A stretch of DNA of 64,000 nt from Malacoraja senta (GCA_038087875.1 CM075993.1:4528001-4592000), one strand, 5' to 3'. Positions 24,363-37,653 are shown, numbered from the stretch's first letter. Notes: generated by a model from the sequence alone, not told the origin. Numbers and translations: made by a program.

Positions 24363-27106
24363 GCTAGCTGAGTTCTGCCAGCCTTCTATTTTCTATTCTA
24401 CAAAGCATGGGGTTTTATGATCTGAGCCGACACGTTGGTAAGTATGCGGTGGAGAATCTCTGGCCAGAGATTTTCTGGTGAACCTGAAGCGTGTGAGTGA
24501 GTGAGCGCCGGGGCAGCTGAACACAAACATTTCACCTTAACGTCTCAAGACGGGTCTCAACCCGAAACGTCACCTATTCATTTTTTCCAGAGATGCTGCC
24601 TGACCCGCTGAGTTACTCCAGCATTTTGTGTCTATCTTCACTTTAATTTCACTTTGCCAACATTTTAACTTAAGGTCATAAGTGATAGGAGAAGAATTAG
24701 GCCAATCGGCCCATCGTCTACACCGCCATTCAATCATGGCTGATCTATCTCTCCCTCCCAACCCCATTCTCCTGCCTTCTCCCCATAACCCCTGACACCC
24801 GTACTAATCAAGAATCTATCTATCTCTGCCTTAAATATATCCACTGACTTGGCCTCCACAGCCTTCTGTGGCAATTCTACCAGATTCACCACCCTCACTT
24901 TCCACCAACATCAAGAGTCAAGAGTCGTGTACAGTCAATGAAATTCCTACCTGCTGCAGCTTATCAGACCCATCAACACACAGACAATATGTAATAATCA
25001 ATATCACAATAAATTAACAATCAGTAATACTAGGTAACCTTCACACTGAAGTGCGAGCAAAATCACAGTTCACGGAAGACCGTGACGTGCCATCCCACCC
25101 TGACCCTAATAGGAAATATTCGCTTCCATTGCTCGGGTATTTACATTAAATCTTCTCCCTTGTTCACACAACAGTTACACCCGAAATAAACGGAGCAACG
25201 AAACTTGCAGGAAGGAACTGCAGATGCTGGTTTACACCGAAGATAGACACAACATGCCGGAGTAACTCAGCGGGACAGGCAGCATCTCTGGGTGGAAGGA
25301 ATGGGTCATGTTTCAGGTCGAGACCCTTCTTCAGACTGAGAGTCAGGGGAGAGGGAGACACGGAGATATGGAAGGGTAAGGTGTGAAAACGAGTGATCAA
25401 ATGGGACGAAGTTCAAGGACAATGTAGAGGAGGAATCACAGAGCGAGAGAGGGTGTTGCAGCACTCACGACGGAGGAAGAACTTGACACACCTTGAGGAG
25501 ATTTCGCAGTGGAGCAGATGAAATGTATAGGAAGGAACTTAACTTGTGTAACTCGCCCCATTATTAATTTAACGCATAGATTCCGTTGGTGAATGCAAAT
25601 TGCTTCACTCTTATAGTCATTACATCCTGTAATGCCGGGCAATGGCGTTCAAATATGTCAAAGAGTCGACACCACGTTCAGAGTAAAGCATCAATAGGCC
25701 GATATTGATGCACCATTTGGCATTGATATTGGTTTAGGTGTATTATTCTAACCTGTACCGTGATACAATGAGTTTTCCACGCACAAGTACAACAGGTAGT
25801 GCAAACGAGCAAAGAAACAGCACACAGAATATAGTTACTGCTACAGAGAAAGTGCAGAGAAAAAAAGTGCAAGGGTGCAAAGAGGTAGACTGGGGGATCT
25901 GTAATCTATCTTTAGCTTATGTGACTGAAGAAGGGTTCCAATTTGAAAAGTCACCCATCCATGTACTCCAGGGATGCAATCTGACCCGCTAAGTTACTCC
26001 AGCATTCTGTGTTTTTCCTTATGAGAGGTCTGTTCAATAGTCTGATATCAGCGGGGAAGCAGCTATTACTGAATCTGGCAGTATGGGTTTTCAAGCTTTT
26101 CCTATCATCTGCACCGCGGGAGATGGGAGAAAAGGGAATGACCAGATGTGAGTGATCGTGCATTCTGAGGCAGCGAAACTGGAGTTGATGTTGGGGAATC
26201 TGATCTGTGTGATGGACTGGGCTACATCCACAACTCTCTGCAATTTCTGTATAGAAAAGAACTGCAGATGCTGGTTTAAACCGAAAATAGACACAAAAAG
26301 TTGGAGTAACTCGGCAGGTCAGGCAGTATCTCTGGAGAAAAGCAATAGGTGATGTTTTGGGTCCAGACCCTTCTTCAGACTTGTGGTCTTGGGCAGAGCT
26401 GTTGTCAAATCCAATTGTGATGCATTCCAATGGGATGCTTTCAGTGGTGTAACTGTTAGTAAGAGGCACCAAAATGCTGGAGTAACTCAACAAGACAGGC
26501 AGCATCTCTGGAGGGAAGGAATGGGTGATGTTTCGGGTCAAGGTCCTTCTTCAGACTGAGAGTCAGGGGAGAGGGAGACTAGAAATATGGAAGGGAGACA
26601 AAAATGCTGGAGAAACTCAGCGGTTGAGGCAGCATCTATGGAGCGAAGGAAATAGGCAACGTTTCGGGCCGAAAGCCTTCAAGGAAATAGGACAGCATCT
26701 GCAGTTCCTTCTTGAACACTAGAGATATGGAAGGGTAAGATCTATCTTTCTCTCTCAACCCCATCCTCCTGCCTTCTTCCCATAACCGCTGGCACTCGCA
26801 CTAATGAAGAATATATCTATCTCTGTTTTTATAATATCAATTGACATCCTCAACAGCCTCATGTTGCAATGATTGCAATGAACTGTCTCTTGATCTCACA
26901 CCCTTCAGTCTCCCTTTCACTTACTCCATCCTCCCCTCCTCACCTGTATCCACCTACCAATTTTACTCAAGAGTTCAGCATCTGCATCTCCTTGTGTCTC
27001 CATGTCTCTCCAGGAGGTTATTTTTAACTTTGCACGGTCAGAGTTGAAAGGGACACAAAGGGGTATCCGATAAGGGGAGAAGAGGGGGATGAAATGTAAA
27101 GCTGGA

Positions 27107-27623
27107 AGCCTAAAACTTACAACAAGCCAAAATAAATTTCCTTGATTGTAGTATAATAATTGGGGAAAAAGTAATATTCAAATTTTGGAAAAACCCAACA
27201 ACCCCCACAATTAAAATGTGGATTATGGAGATGTCTGAGACCTTACACTTGGAAAAAATTAGACTTGTCTTAATTGACAAACCATTTATTGATTTTCTGA
27301 AAGGGTAAATTGGTCCAGCACGGAAACTTGACTGAAACTTGAATCCAGGATTGGATGAATAATTATACTTTATAATCTACGGACCTATCTCCAAAATTGT
27401 ATTATTGGTAATTTATCCTATTTTTTCTTCGCTTTCTCCCCCCCTTCTTTCTATAAAAAAAAATAAACAAATCGAAGCTGTGTTAATATGTAATTGATAA
27501 ACGAGAACCCCAGCTATTTTGATAGCTGGGATCCCAGCTGTTAACAATATGTAATTGATAAACAAATTGTGTTTTGATTACGATATGTATATGCTTCTAA
27601 TAAAAATATTAAAAAGAAAAAAA
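27107..27623 (+). mobile_element. 5'-truncated L1 of a related subfamily (ORF2 C-terminal remnant, 3'UTR, A-rich tail)
   Basis: TSD GAAATGTAAAGCTGGA at 27091-27106 and 27624-27639. Encodes KFWKNPTTPTIKMWIMEMSETLHLEKIRL, versus KFWKGPTTPTIKMWIIEMTETLNVERIRL in the ORF2 at 55 kb. Confidence 0.9.
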
Positions 27624-28182
27624 GAAATGTAAAGCTGGAGGGCGGGATATGGGAGGGAGGTTAAATGGGGTGTATAAGGAGAGGCAGGTTGGGGTACGCG
27701 TTGCATCAAAGGGGGTACAAAGGGGGTGATCTCCCCCCCCACCTTCACTTTACACAAACTAGTTTTTTCAGCTATTCATTTAAACCGCTGCAGCTCACAT
27801 GTATTAAGCCTCTGTAAATCGCCCCTAGTGTGTAGGGAGTGGACCACACAAAGTGGGCTAACTCACGTTGAACTAGTGTGAATGGGCGATTGATGGCTGT
27901 GTGATCTGTCGTTTTCACACCTTACCCTTCCATATCTCTCGACTCCCTGACTCTCAGCCTGAAGAAGTGTCCCGACCCGAAACGTCACCCATTCCGTCTC
28001 TCCAGAGATGCTGCCTGTCCCGCTGAGAGTTACTCCAACTTTTTGTGTCAGTCTTCGGTTGGGCAGAAGGGGCCTGTTTCCACTCAGCGTCGAATTGCAA
28101 AGTTGCCTTGATGCTGTGTTATGTTTTTGACGAGTTACTGAGGTTTGAAAGCTGAAGCCGATTCGCAGGTTATTCCGTTTTA

Positions 28183-28421
28183 AGAAGGAACTGCAGATGC
28201 TGGAAAATCGGAGGTAGACAAAAGTGCTGGAGAAACTCAGCGGGTGCAGCAGCATCTATGGAGCGAAGGAAATAGGCAACGTTTCGGCCCGAAACCCTTC
28301 TGGGTTTCGTCCCGAAACGTTGCCTATTTCCTTCAGGGTTTCGGGACGAAACGTTGCCTATTTCCTTCGCTCCATAGATGCTGCTGCACCCGCTGAGTTT
28401 CTCCAGCACGTTTGTCTACCT
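28183..28421. mobile_element. Palindromic Penelope-terminus element (two 34-bp units)
   Basis: Nearly the same sequence as 21436-21706 with one unit fewer. Confidence 0.78.
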
Positions 28422-28573
28422 TTACAGTTTATACCCCTTGGAGGCGGCTAAAAGGCGGCAGTGGACAAAGTTAGACGGCAGGGCAGGATTGTAATCACCT
28501 CCGGGACGCAACTGAAATACAGATATTCTGCAGAGTGTAGCGTGAGCAACAAAGTTCTTAGTACCAGTGTTAA

Positions 28574-28780
28574 AGAAGGAACTGCAGATGCTGGAAAATC
28601 GAAGGTACACAAAAATGCTGGAGAAACTCAGCGGGTGCAGCAGCATCTATGGAGCGAAGGAAATAGGCAACGTTTCGGGCCAAAACCCTTCGAAGGGTTT
28701 CGGCCCGAAACGTTGCCTATTTCCTTCGTTCCATAGATGCTGCTGCACCCACTGAGTTTCTCCAGCATTTTTGTGTACCT
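28574..28780. mobile_element. Palindromic Penelope-terminus element
   Basis: Inverted arms. TTGTAATCACCTCCG occurs ~85 bp upstream and again immediately downstream. Confidence 0.75.
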
Positions 28781-31700
28781 TTGTAATCACCTCCGCTCTG
28801 TTTACACGAGTTAAACTATCACCGAGTTGTAACCCGACACGGTCGGGAGTTTTGGTAAGGAACTACCTGCATATTTTAAAATATTTTCAATTCGCATTAA
28901 CAACCCCCCCCCCCCCCCTCCCAACATTGACAAACTACCGACGCGAAGCACAAAGTTCCACAAACGATGATAGCTGAAGCACAGCGGCAGCGATCCCCAC
29001 CCAGCCTCACTGGGACTGTACTAGCCCGAGTATCAGACACGATAGCTGTGAATCGCACGGGAGAATCTTTTAAACCAAGACAGAAAATGCCGATCGGAGC
29101 GGCCTGCGTCTGATCCCGGACGGCAAAACTCGAGAAGTATTTCTGCCGAAGGGTGGTGAACTAAAACTGTGTGTGAGTTGTGCTCCGTTTCGCGTTCGGG
29201 ACCGGTGGGGTGGAGTCCCAAGTTCGGCGCAGCAGAGGCGCTCGGAGCGCCCGGCTGCCCGGGGTAAACCTCACCGCCTCGCCCCAGGACGTTTCGAAGG
29301 TGCAGAGCTGTGTAGGGAGGAACAGCAGATGCCGGTTTAAACCGAAGATAGACACACAGGCACAAAAAAAGCTGGAGTAACTCAGCGGGGACAGAGTATA
29401 CACGTGGAACTGCAGGCGCTGGAATCTTCAGTAAAACACAAAGTGCTGGAGGAACTCAAAAACAGCGTCTGTGGAGGGAATGGACGGGCGAGTGTTGGGG
29501 TCGGGACCCTTCTCCGGACTCTCGCTTAAGATAGACACAAAATGCTGGAGCAACTCGGCGGGATCTCTGGAGAGAAGGAATGGGTGACGTTTCGGGTCGA
29601 GGTCGAGACCCTTCTTCAGACTTGTTATTCCTTCTCTCCAGAGATGCTGCCCGACCCGCTGAGTTACTCCAGCATTTTGTGTCTATCTTCGGTGTAAACC
29701 AGCATCCGCAGTTCCTTCCTGCACACGAGCTCTCTCGCTATTCTGACCAAAACACCATTCTCCCAACAACACCAGCAGCCGAGGATTTTGCCACGACCAC
29801 ATTGACTGCCACTGGGAGTTTGCTGGGTGACAAGAATCGCCAAACCTGTACAAGAGCGATGCGGTTCTTCAATATCATTAAATCCCTCTCCCCAGAGGAC
29901 GTGGCAGGCGCAATACTAATTACGGATCTTTATATTCAGTGGGTGGAAGGAATCGCTTCTCCATCTAGTTCTTCTAGACTAGTTTCGGCTCCGTTCTTGT
30001 GTTCTGTCCGCACAACCGGCCCCCCGGTTCGGTTCGGGGGACGGTCTCGAAACCGAAACGTCACCTGTTCCCTTTTCTCCAGAGCCGCTGCCTGTCCCGC
30101 TGTGTTACTCCAGCTTTTTTGTGTCTATCTGCAGTCGGGAATCGCGTCAGCTCCGCAAGGGAACCAAGCAATGGAGAATGGAGAATCTTCCAACACATGT
30201 CCGGCCGCTGGCAACGCGGCGCCGGGTTCAGTCCGGATTAGGAGTGACCGCCCGCTTTACCAAAGGTCGCATTCACAACTTTAACACCTCCGCCTCTCTC
30301 CGTCTTCATATCAGTTTTGTAGCCACCAGCACTAGTCTAGCGCACTAATAATTAGATATAGAGATACAAGAAACTGCAGATGCTGGTTTATTTTTTAAAA
30401 ACTCAGCGGGTCAGGCAGCATCTCTGGAGAACGTGGATGGGTGATGTTTCGGGTCGGGACCTTACTCCAGACAATTAGTGATTACTAACCCACATACGGA
30501 TCAGTCTGAAGAAGGGTTTCGGCCAGAAACGTTGCCTATATCCTTCGCTGCATAGATGCTGCCTCACCCGCTGAGTTTCTCCAGCATTTTTGTCTCCCTT
30601 CGATTTTCCAGCACCTGCAGTTCCTTCTTAATTACGTGTTTTAATCCTCTTTTGGTTGAAGGGAGCGGAGCGATTTCAATTCCTGGAAAGCGAGGTTCCT
30701 CCAGTTTGGACCAAGTCCAGTTTGAAACAGTCCCTCTCTCGGCTTCAGTTTGAAAGAGTTGGTTCACCGTACAATGCAGAAACCGCCGACGAGCTGAACG
30801 ACAGACAACTCAGATGTTTTAAGGCGGATATGGAAACTGTATAAATCCATCTCTCCCCCCTATTGTAAAAAAACAATTTTATTCTCTGAGAGGACTTTCC
30901 GTTTGAACCGAGGAGCGGAGGAAGACGTATCAAATCGCAAGAAACTCGGCGCATTTCGGGTGAAGCCATCAACTTTCCAGGGCGATTTTTTAACGTTGAC
31001 CTCTGCGTTTCTGTTTCCTCTAAAGACCCCCCGGTAGCTTCAATGCACGCACTCCCCAAATTTCGCCAGACTGCCCTGATCATTTCACAGCGCCAATATT
31101 ATACCGCTAGCAGTTGGGGTGTGAGATAGATTCCCCGCGTCCAACTGTGGACCTCACCTCCCCAGTTAAGCCCAGGCTCGTCACCCAGGGAGGTATCTAA
31201 AGATTAGTTTCCTGGGTTTGTATTCACTCTCTGACAATAAATATCCCACTAACCCCGGAGGCTCGAAGAGATCGCTTCAGATCTCTGCCGAATATTTAAA
31301 ATTCCCTGACCACCCCTTATTTTTTATTCCAATCCTGACTTCAACTGAAATAGACACAAAATGCTGGAACTGAAGAAGGGTCTCGACCTGAAAGGTCACT
31401 CATTCCTTTTCTCCAGAGAGTCACTCCAGCATTCTGTGTCTATCTTCGGTGTAAACCAGCATCTGCAGTTCCCTCCTACACATCTATCTGGGTTCTGAAC
31501 CCTGGAATCCAACCCCTGAAGTTCCCTGTGCTCACATCTCTATTACATAGCTGGAAGTTCACACATTTGACCTCCTTGCGTCAAATTTTCACCAACATTC
31601 CTGTTAATTACCAAATGCCTATTTTATTATTTTAACAGTGTCGCATCACTCACTGCGAATAGTACAATATTGGTCATGCAGTTTTCTAAACCAGCCTCTG

Positions 31701-32114
31701 TTGTTCCTCGTAGCTGCTTTTCAATATTGGTATTGAATAGTCCTGCGTTTAAAAAAATAAGAACGTCTATGTTAAGTGTAACTGAAGGAACTGCAAATTC
31801 TGGTTTAAACCGAATAGACACAAAGATAGACAGGGTCTGCCCGAAATATCACCTATTCCATTTCTCCAGAGTTGCTGTCTGACCTGCTGAGTTACTCCAG
31901 CATTTTGTGTTTATCTAATGTCTATATTAAGATAGCTATGCTCAGCACAACTAAGATAACAGAAGAATTTGACAGGTAGCTAGAGAGAAATTATTTATAT
32001 TCCATAGCCAAAGGTTTGACAACCAGAGAAGTTAACTGATTGGCAAAAGAATAAGGGAGGAAATCAAGGGATTCATCATGTAGGTGGATGGAAGCAAATT
32101 CAACTGTTACTGAT

Positions 32115-32478
32115 TGTGTATAAGATTATGAGAGGAATAGATCGGGTAGATGCACAGAGTCTCTTGCCCAGTGTAGGTGAATTGAGGACCAGAGGACATA
32201 GGTTTAAGGTGAAGGGGGAAAGAGTTAATAGGAATCTGAGGGGTAACTCTTTCACACAAAGGGTAGTGGTGGGTGTATGGAACAAGCTGCCAGAGGAGGT
32301 AGTTGAGGCTGGGACTATCCCAATGTTTAAGAAACAGTTAGACAGGTACATGGATAGGACAGGCTTGGCGAGATATGGACCAAACATGGGCAGGTGGGAC
32401 TAGTGTAGCTGGGACAAGTTGGCTGGTGTGGGCAAGTTGGGCTGAAGGGCCTGTTTCCACTCTGTATGATTCTATGCT
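32115..32478 (+). mobile_element. CR1-clade LINE 3' fragment
   Basis: YKIMRGIDRVDAQSLLPSVGELRTRGHRFKVKGE...FTQRVV.GVWNKLPEEVVEAGTI..FKKQLDRYM. Confidence 0.88.
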
Positions 32479-33443
32479 ACTTTAAAAGGAAAATAAATTG
32501 TCCAGAGATAAATATTTAAGGTTCCAGGAGAAAGTGCTGAGAAACGGAAATGACCATCTTTGGTCATATGGCCAAATGACCATCATGCATGACCACATTA
32601 AATGGCGGTGCTGGCTCTAAAGGGCCGAACGATCTACTCCTGCACCTATTGTCTATTTTGCAGAAATCCTGTACAGGCTGGATGGGCTGAATGGACTATT
32701 TTCTTCTATAAGAGTTATTCCCTGTGATCAAGTCATTACTCTGCACCACTTCCAGCTTAAAGTCACAGTATTTGCACTGGAAACACTCACACAGGTGATC
32801 TGAACGATGTGTTGACATAAAAACTATAAAAACTTTGATTGTAAACATGTTGCTTCCACCATCTATAAACAGTCATTTACTGTATGTGTAATATTTTTGT
32901 CAATATGCCTTTGTTCCCAACTTCTGCCCCTCCTTTCCCCCAGATGCAAATGTTACTTAGTCATAGTCAAGAGAGCGATACAGCATGGAAACAGGCCCTT
33001 CGGCGTATCAAGTCCATGCTGACTATCATTCACCAGTTCACTCATCTAATCCTAATTTAATCTCTCCATATTGTCATCAACTCCCCTTAGATTCGACCAC
33101 TCAGCTGCACAGTAGGGGCAATATACTTTTACAGAGGCCAATTAACCGACCAACCTGTATTTTTTTAGGGGCTGTGTGGGAAACTGGAGCACCTAGAGGT
33201 AGCCCACGTGGTTCTAGGGAGAACGTGCAAACTCCACACAGACAGCAGCCAAGGTTAGGGTTGTGGGGCTCTACAGGGTGCAACACTTTGACAGGTGTGT
33301 GCAAATGCATCCCTCTATTCCTCTCTCCATGTGTAATGTGATAAATAAGCTTAGGCTGGGTGCCCAGCTGTATTGGAAGGTAGACAAAAGTGCTGGAGAA
33401 ACTCAGCGGGTGCGGCAGCATCTATGGAGCGAAGGAAATAGGC

Positions 33444-33471
33444 AACGTTTCGGGCCGAAACCCTTCTTCAG
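33444..33471 (-). ncRNA. Minimal hammerhead ribozyme motif, second subfamily (UUCG-capped helix II, GUU site)
   Basis: - strand CUGAAGA-A-GGGU(UUCG)GCCC-GAAA-CGUU. The element is flanked by a duplicated CAGCTGTATTGGAA (~33365 and ~33469). Confidence 0.62.
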
Positions 33472-33552
33472 CTGTATTGGAATCTGAGCCAAGCATGAGA
33501 CCTCTCCTCCTTCAACTTTGCCAGAGAGTGGGTTGACAGCCTCTCAAGGAGA

Positions 33553-33852
33553 GTTTAGTTTAGAGATACAGCATGGAAACAGGCCCTTTCGCCGACCAGC
33601 GATCCCTGCATATTAACACTATCCTATACCCATTGGGGACATTTTTTACATTTACCAAGAAATTAACCTACAAACCTGCACGTCTTTGGAGTGTGGGAGG
33701 AAACCGAAGATCTCGGAGAAAAGCCACGCAGGTCACGGGGAGAACGTACAAACTCCATACAGACAGCACCCGTAGTCGGGATCAAACCCGGGTCTCTGGC
33801 GCTGCATTTGCTGTAAGGCACCAACTCTACCGCTGTGCCACCATGCCGCCCG
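33553..33852 (-). mobile_element. V-SINE (HE1-like)
   Basis: Full-length reverse copy. Further copies at ~10745-11230, 19270-19445 and 32980-33270. Confidence 0.8.
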
Positions 33853-34809
33853 TATAAGATAAATTATAATATTTGACCGGATTTTTGTGTTTTACTGTGT
33901 GTTCTTCCTCCCAGATTTAATTCCCTCTTATATTTGATCCATTTTTTCTTGAGATTAAATGCTGGAAATAGAGTGAGGAAAATTCAGTCCAATGTGTCTG
34001 CCACTTCCCTTTAAACTAATTAATCCCACACACCGCCCTTTCCCTATCGTGTGAAATATTGCCCTTTATCCAATTCCAAAGGGTCTTTAACCCAACGTGC
34101 TCTCTCTTTCCATAGATGCTGACTGACTGGCTGAGTTCTTCTTGCATTTTCCTCTTTTTATTTTACCCCTCGATCCAATCATGTAAGTCACCATTGGATC
34201 TGCTTCTAGTATGCAGATCACAACTATTCACTGTATGAAGAATAACTTACCTCGTAGACACCATCTCTGGAGAAAATGGATAGGTGACTTTTCAGGCCAG
34301 GACCCTTCTTCAGATTTTCAATGTTCTCCAGAAATGCTGCCTGACCAACTGAGTTACTCCAGCATTTTGTGAGTATTAGGTATAAACCAGCATCTGCAGT
34401 TCCTTTTTATTACATTGAAACTTATCTTCTACCCGGATCTTCATTTGACAACCTTAATTCTGTCCCTCTTGCCATGAAACAGTTTCCCCTTCGTTACGCC
34501 AACATAACAAACAGTGGCGAGCGTAGGCCATTTTGTTCCTGGACTGCCCACACTGCCATTCAATTAGACCATTGCTGATCTTTTACCTCAGAGCCACAGT
34601 CCTGCATCACGCTAATATTCCTTGATAAGCTCAGAGAAGTCTGAGATATTTTCTCTTCCATTTCAATCATGAAGGCTTTTTTTCATTTTAATGCACTTAT
34701 TCCTCTTTTCATTGAACCTGTATACTACCTGTACTCAAGGTTCTTGTTGTCAGCCTACTTGATATCAGTTCTACTTGGCATTAAACAGTGGTTCATCAGT
34801 CCACCTTAT

Positions 34810-35525
34810 TCATAAGTTATAGGAGCAGACAGGCCATTTGGCCCATCAAGTCTCCTCTGCCATTCAATCATGGCTGATCTATCTTTCCCTCCCGATCCTA
34901 TTCTCCTGCCTTCTCCCCATAACCCGACACCCGTACTAATCAAGAATCTGTCAATCTCCCCCTTAAAAATATCCATTGACTTGGCCTTCGCAGCCGTATG
35001 TGGCAATGAACTCCACAGATTCACCACCCTCTGACTGAAGAAATTCCTCCTCATTTCCTTTCTGAAGGTACCTCCTTTTATTCTGAGGCTATGTTGAGGG
35101 TTCTTCCTCACAATGGCGGGGTAGATTTTCAGCACATTTACAGTAAAAAAATCCAGCTTAGTTTATTAATTGGCTGACTTTTGTGGGAATGTGATTTGTG
35201 GTAGTTCCTGCCATGGAATGCAACAGAGACAGAGTCATAGAGCGTGGAAACAGGCCATTCGGCCCATTTGGACCACATGTCCCAGCTACACTAGTCCCAC
35301 CTGCCTGCGTTTGTCCCATATCCTTCCAAACCTGACCTATCCATGTACATGTATCTGTTTCTTAGACGTTGGGATAGTCCCTGCCTCAACTACCTCCTAT
35401 GGCAGCTCGTTCCACACAACCACCACCCTTTGTGTTAAAACGTTACCCCTCAGATTTCTATTAAATCTTTTCCCCGTCACCTTAAACCTATATCCTCTGA
35501 CTCCTCGATTCCCCTACTCTGGGAA
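34810..35525 (-). mobile_element. Two adjacent CR1 3' fragments (34810-35090, 35230-35525)
   Basis: HSLRIKGGTFRKEMRRNFFSQRVVNLWSSLP, plus a reverse copy of the 32.1-kb family. Confidence 0.8.
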
Positions 35526-35750
35526 AGTCTGGAGACTCTGGAGATCCTGAACTTCGAGATGGGAAGATTGTTAAGTGTGCGAGGATTGGATAGTCCAATT
35601 CTTTAAAAATGCTTTGAGTACATAATTGAATCCTTTTCTCTGTTCACCTGGTTAATTTCCTCTCATACTGAGAGGATTTTACAAGAATGTTGCCAGGACT
35701 CAAGTTTGAGCTAGAGGGGGAGGTTGAGGAGGCTATGAGTTTATTCCTGA

Positions 35751-36243
35751 AGGGGCTGTCCCACTTGGGCGACCTAATTAGCGAGTTTAGAAGAGTTTCA
35801 AAAAATGTCATGTTGAAGACCTCCTTCAACTATGTTGAAGACTAGCTTCGACTAACTACGACTAGCTTCGGGAAAATTGGACAGTGGAGAGTGAAGACGA
35901 CCTCCTTCGACTTCCCTTCGACTATGATGAAGACTATCTACGACTACCTTCCACTACCCTCGATTACCTACGACTAACATGCCGACCTACTACGACTAAA
36001 CCTACGAGTAAAAAAAGTATAGATTTATTCCACGGCGACCTTTTTTTACTCGCGGGCATTTTACAACATGTTGAAAAATACGCCGCGACCTAGCTGAGGC
36101 CTTGAGAACACGGAGACTACTCTCGAGCATGAAGGAGAGTTACAAAGACCTCCTACTACCTCGTGTCGACCATGCTGCGAGTATGAGTCGAGGCCAAACT
36201 CGCCAGAATTCGCGGATTAAGTCACCCAAGTGGGCCCGCCCCT
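35751..36243. mobile_element. Non-autonomous DNA transposon (MITE, PIF/Harbinger-like) inserted in a CR1 fragment
   Basis: Imperfect ~28-bp TIRs AGGGGCTGTCCCACTTGGGCGACCTAAT / ATTAAGTCACCCAAGTGGGCCCGCCCCT; 3-bp flanks TGA/TTA; internal CGACTA-like microrepeats. A partial relative lies at 49310-49450. Confidence 0.72.
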
Positions 36244-36460
36244 TTAGAGCACAGGATATGGTTACCACACAATATGGTTGACTAGTTAATGTCCTATGTA
36301 ATGGTGGTACAGCACATCATGGCAGAGTAACTAGGTTAAACACGTTGCTTCACATTTTGTGCATCGAGTCTTTGCAGTTCATCCATGTTTGGGATTAACA
36401 CATGGAGATCAACAACGCACATTCCACAATTCACATAGATGCAGATGAAAAATAAATAAT

Positions 36461-36466
36461 TTTATT
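36461..36466 (-). promoter_or_regulatory. Candidate SCAPER polyadenylation signal (AATAAA)
   Basis: TTTATT on +, ~310 nt past the SCAPER stop, at the end of an AT-rich unique stretch. Confidence 0.55.
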
Positions 36467-36777
36467 GTGTCACCAGTGAATTTGAGCCACCAACCGACTT
36501 CTAATAAATAAAATTAATTTATGCAATCCCAAAGGGACTGCTGTATCATCCTAACAAACAAAAAACAAAATGGATTATTCTCTATGCACATAAGCTAGAA
36601 AGGTTCACTTAAAAAATTGTCAAAAAGTGATTACAATGAAGATCTTATATACAACAGGTACTATGTACAATTTGTGCAAATCATACGAGTATGTTCTGAA
36701 ACATAATATCATTGAATGAGTTACAAGACTAACTGTTAAATCAACTTTTTTTTTAGCGTTGAGCATCCACCCCCCCC

Positions 36778-36884
36778 TTAGCAAATTGCCTCTTTCTGCA
36801 GGAAGAATTTCCGGGCGTCTTCCCACATCTCACGGGGAAACCGGTTGGAGAATTCAAGGTAGTCTTGACCTCCAGGAGCTCCGA
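36778..36884 (-). CDS. SCAPER: SCAPER terminal coding exon ((V)GAPGGQDYLEFSNRFPREMWEDARKFFLQKEAIC*)
   Basis: On -: acceptor ctctcatttcag|TC, phase 1, TAA stop at 36780-36778. Matches the SCAPER end motif QDYLELANRFP..AWEEARQFFL.KE. Confidence 0.92.
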
Positions 36885-37143
36885 CTGAAATGAGAGGACC
36901 ACATTGAATTGTTAAAGCCAACATTGTTGTACCTTGGGGCTTGTGACATCACCTCAGTCAGGACTGAGAGTGGAGAGGGTAGGTGGCGAGAGGGCGAGTG
37001 GCGATTCGGAGCCAGTAGGTGATCGATGGACCAAAGGGCTGAAGGATGATGGAGCCAGGTTGGGGAGGTGGGGTTGTGGGTGGCGTGGAGTTGGGAGACA
37101 GAAGCGGGAGGCGAACTGCAGAGAATAAATCTGAGATACACAC

Positions 37144-37195
37144 CTGTCTGGTGAGAAGTCTTATTGTCCGTCTGACTTGAACTCTGCGAAAAATC
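37144..37195 (-). CDS. SCAPER: SCAPER penultimate coding exon (52 nt; DFSQSSSQTDNKTSHQT + 1 nt)
   Basis: On -: acceptor gttttcttag|GAT, donor G|gtgtgt. Phase 0/1 fits both neighbouring exons. Corresponds to the short linker DLAQTPGQAENQPYQPK in human. Confidence 0.85.
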
Positions 37196-37653
37196 CTAAG
37201 AAAACACAATATTGTCATTATATTCTTTATGCATTTTTATTTAATCTTTTACTCGTTTCTTTCTACTTTTTCCATTCTGCCCATTTTTGATATCCTAGAC
37301 TACATACTTGTAGAAGTATTGCAATTAATACAATAATTGCATTTGGCATGACACTGTGTAGAAGCAAAATAGCATAGTATAAAGCAGAATGCAGAAACAA
37401 GGAACTGCAGATGCTGGTTTACCCAAAAGGACACAAAGTGCTGGAGAAACTCAGCGGGTCAAGTAGTATCTCTGGAGAACATGAATTGGTTTAAGCCAGC
37501 TCCTGCAGTTCCTTCCTGCACATAAATGACTGAGATGGTGTGAGGAGAGGATAAGCTATCTGTGTGAGATAATGCTTTACAGAGAATTCAGTAAAACCCT
37601 GAACATAATTACATTGTGGTGAACACGAAAGAGCGGCAGACATGCACGTTTAC

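Noticed and set aside
29580..30284. 234-aa ORF in a CpG-rich region
   Set aside because: It is stitched from Penelope-terminus repeats and unique GC-rich DNA, with no protein family signature.
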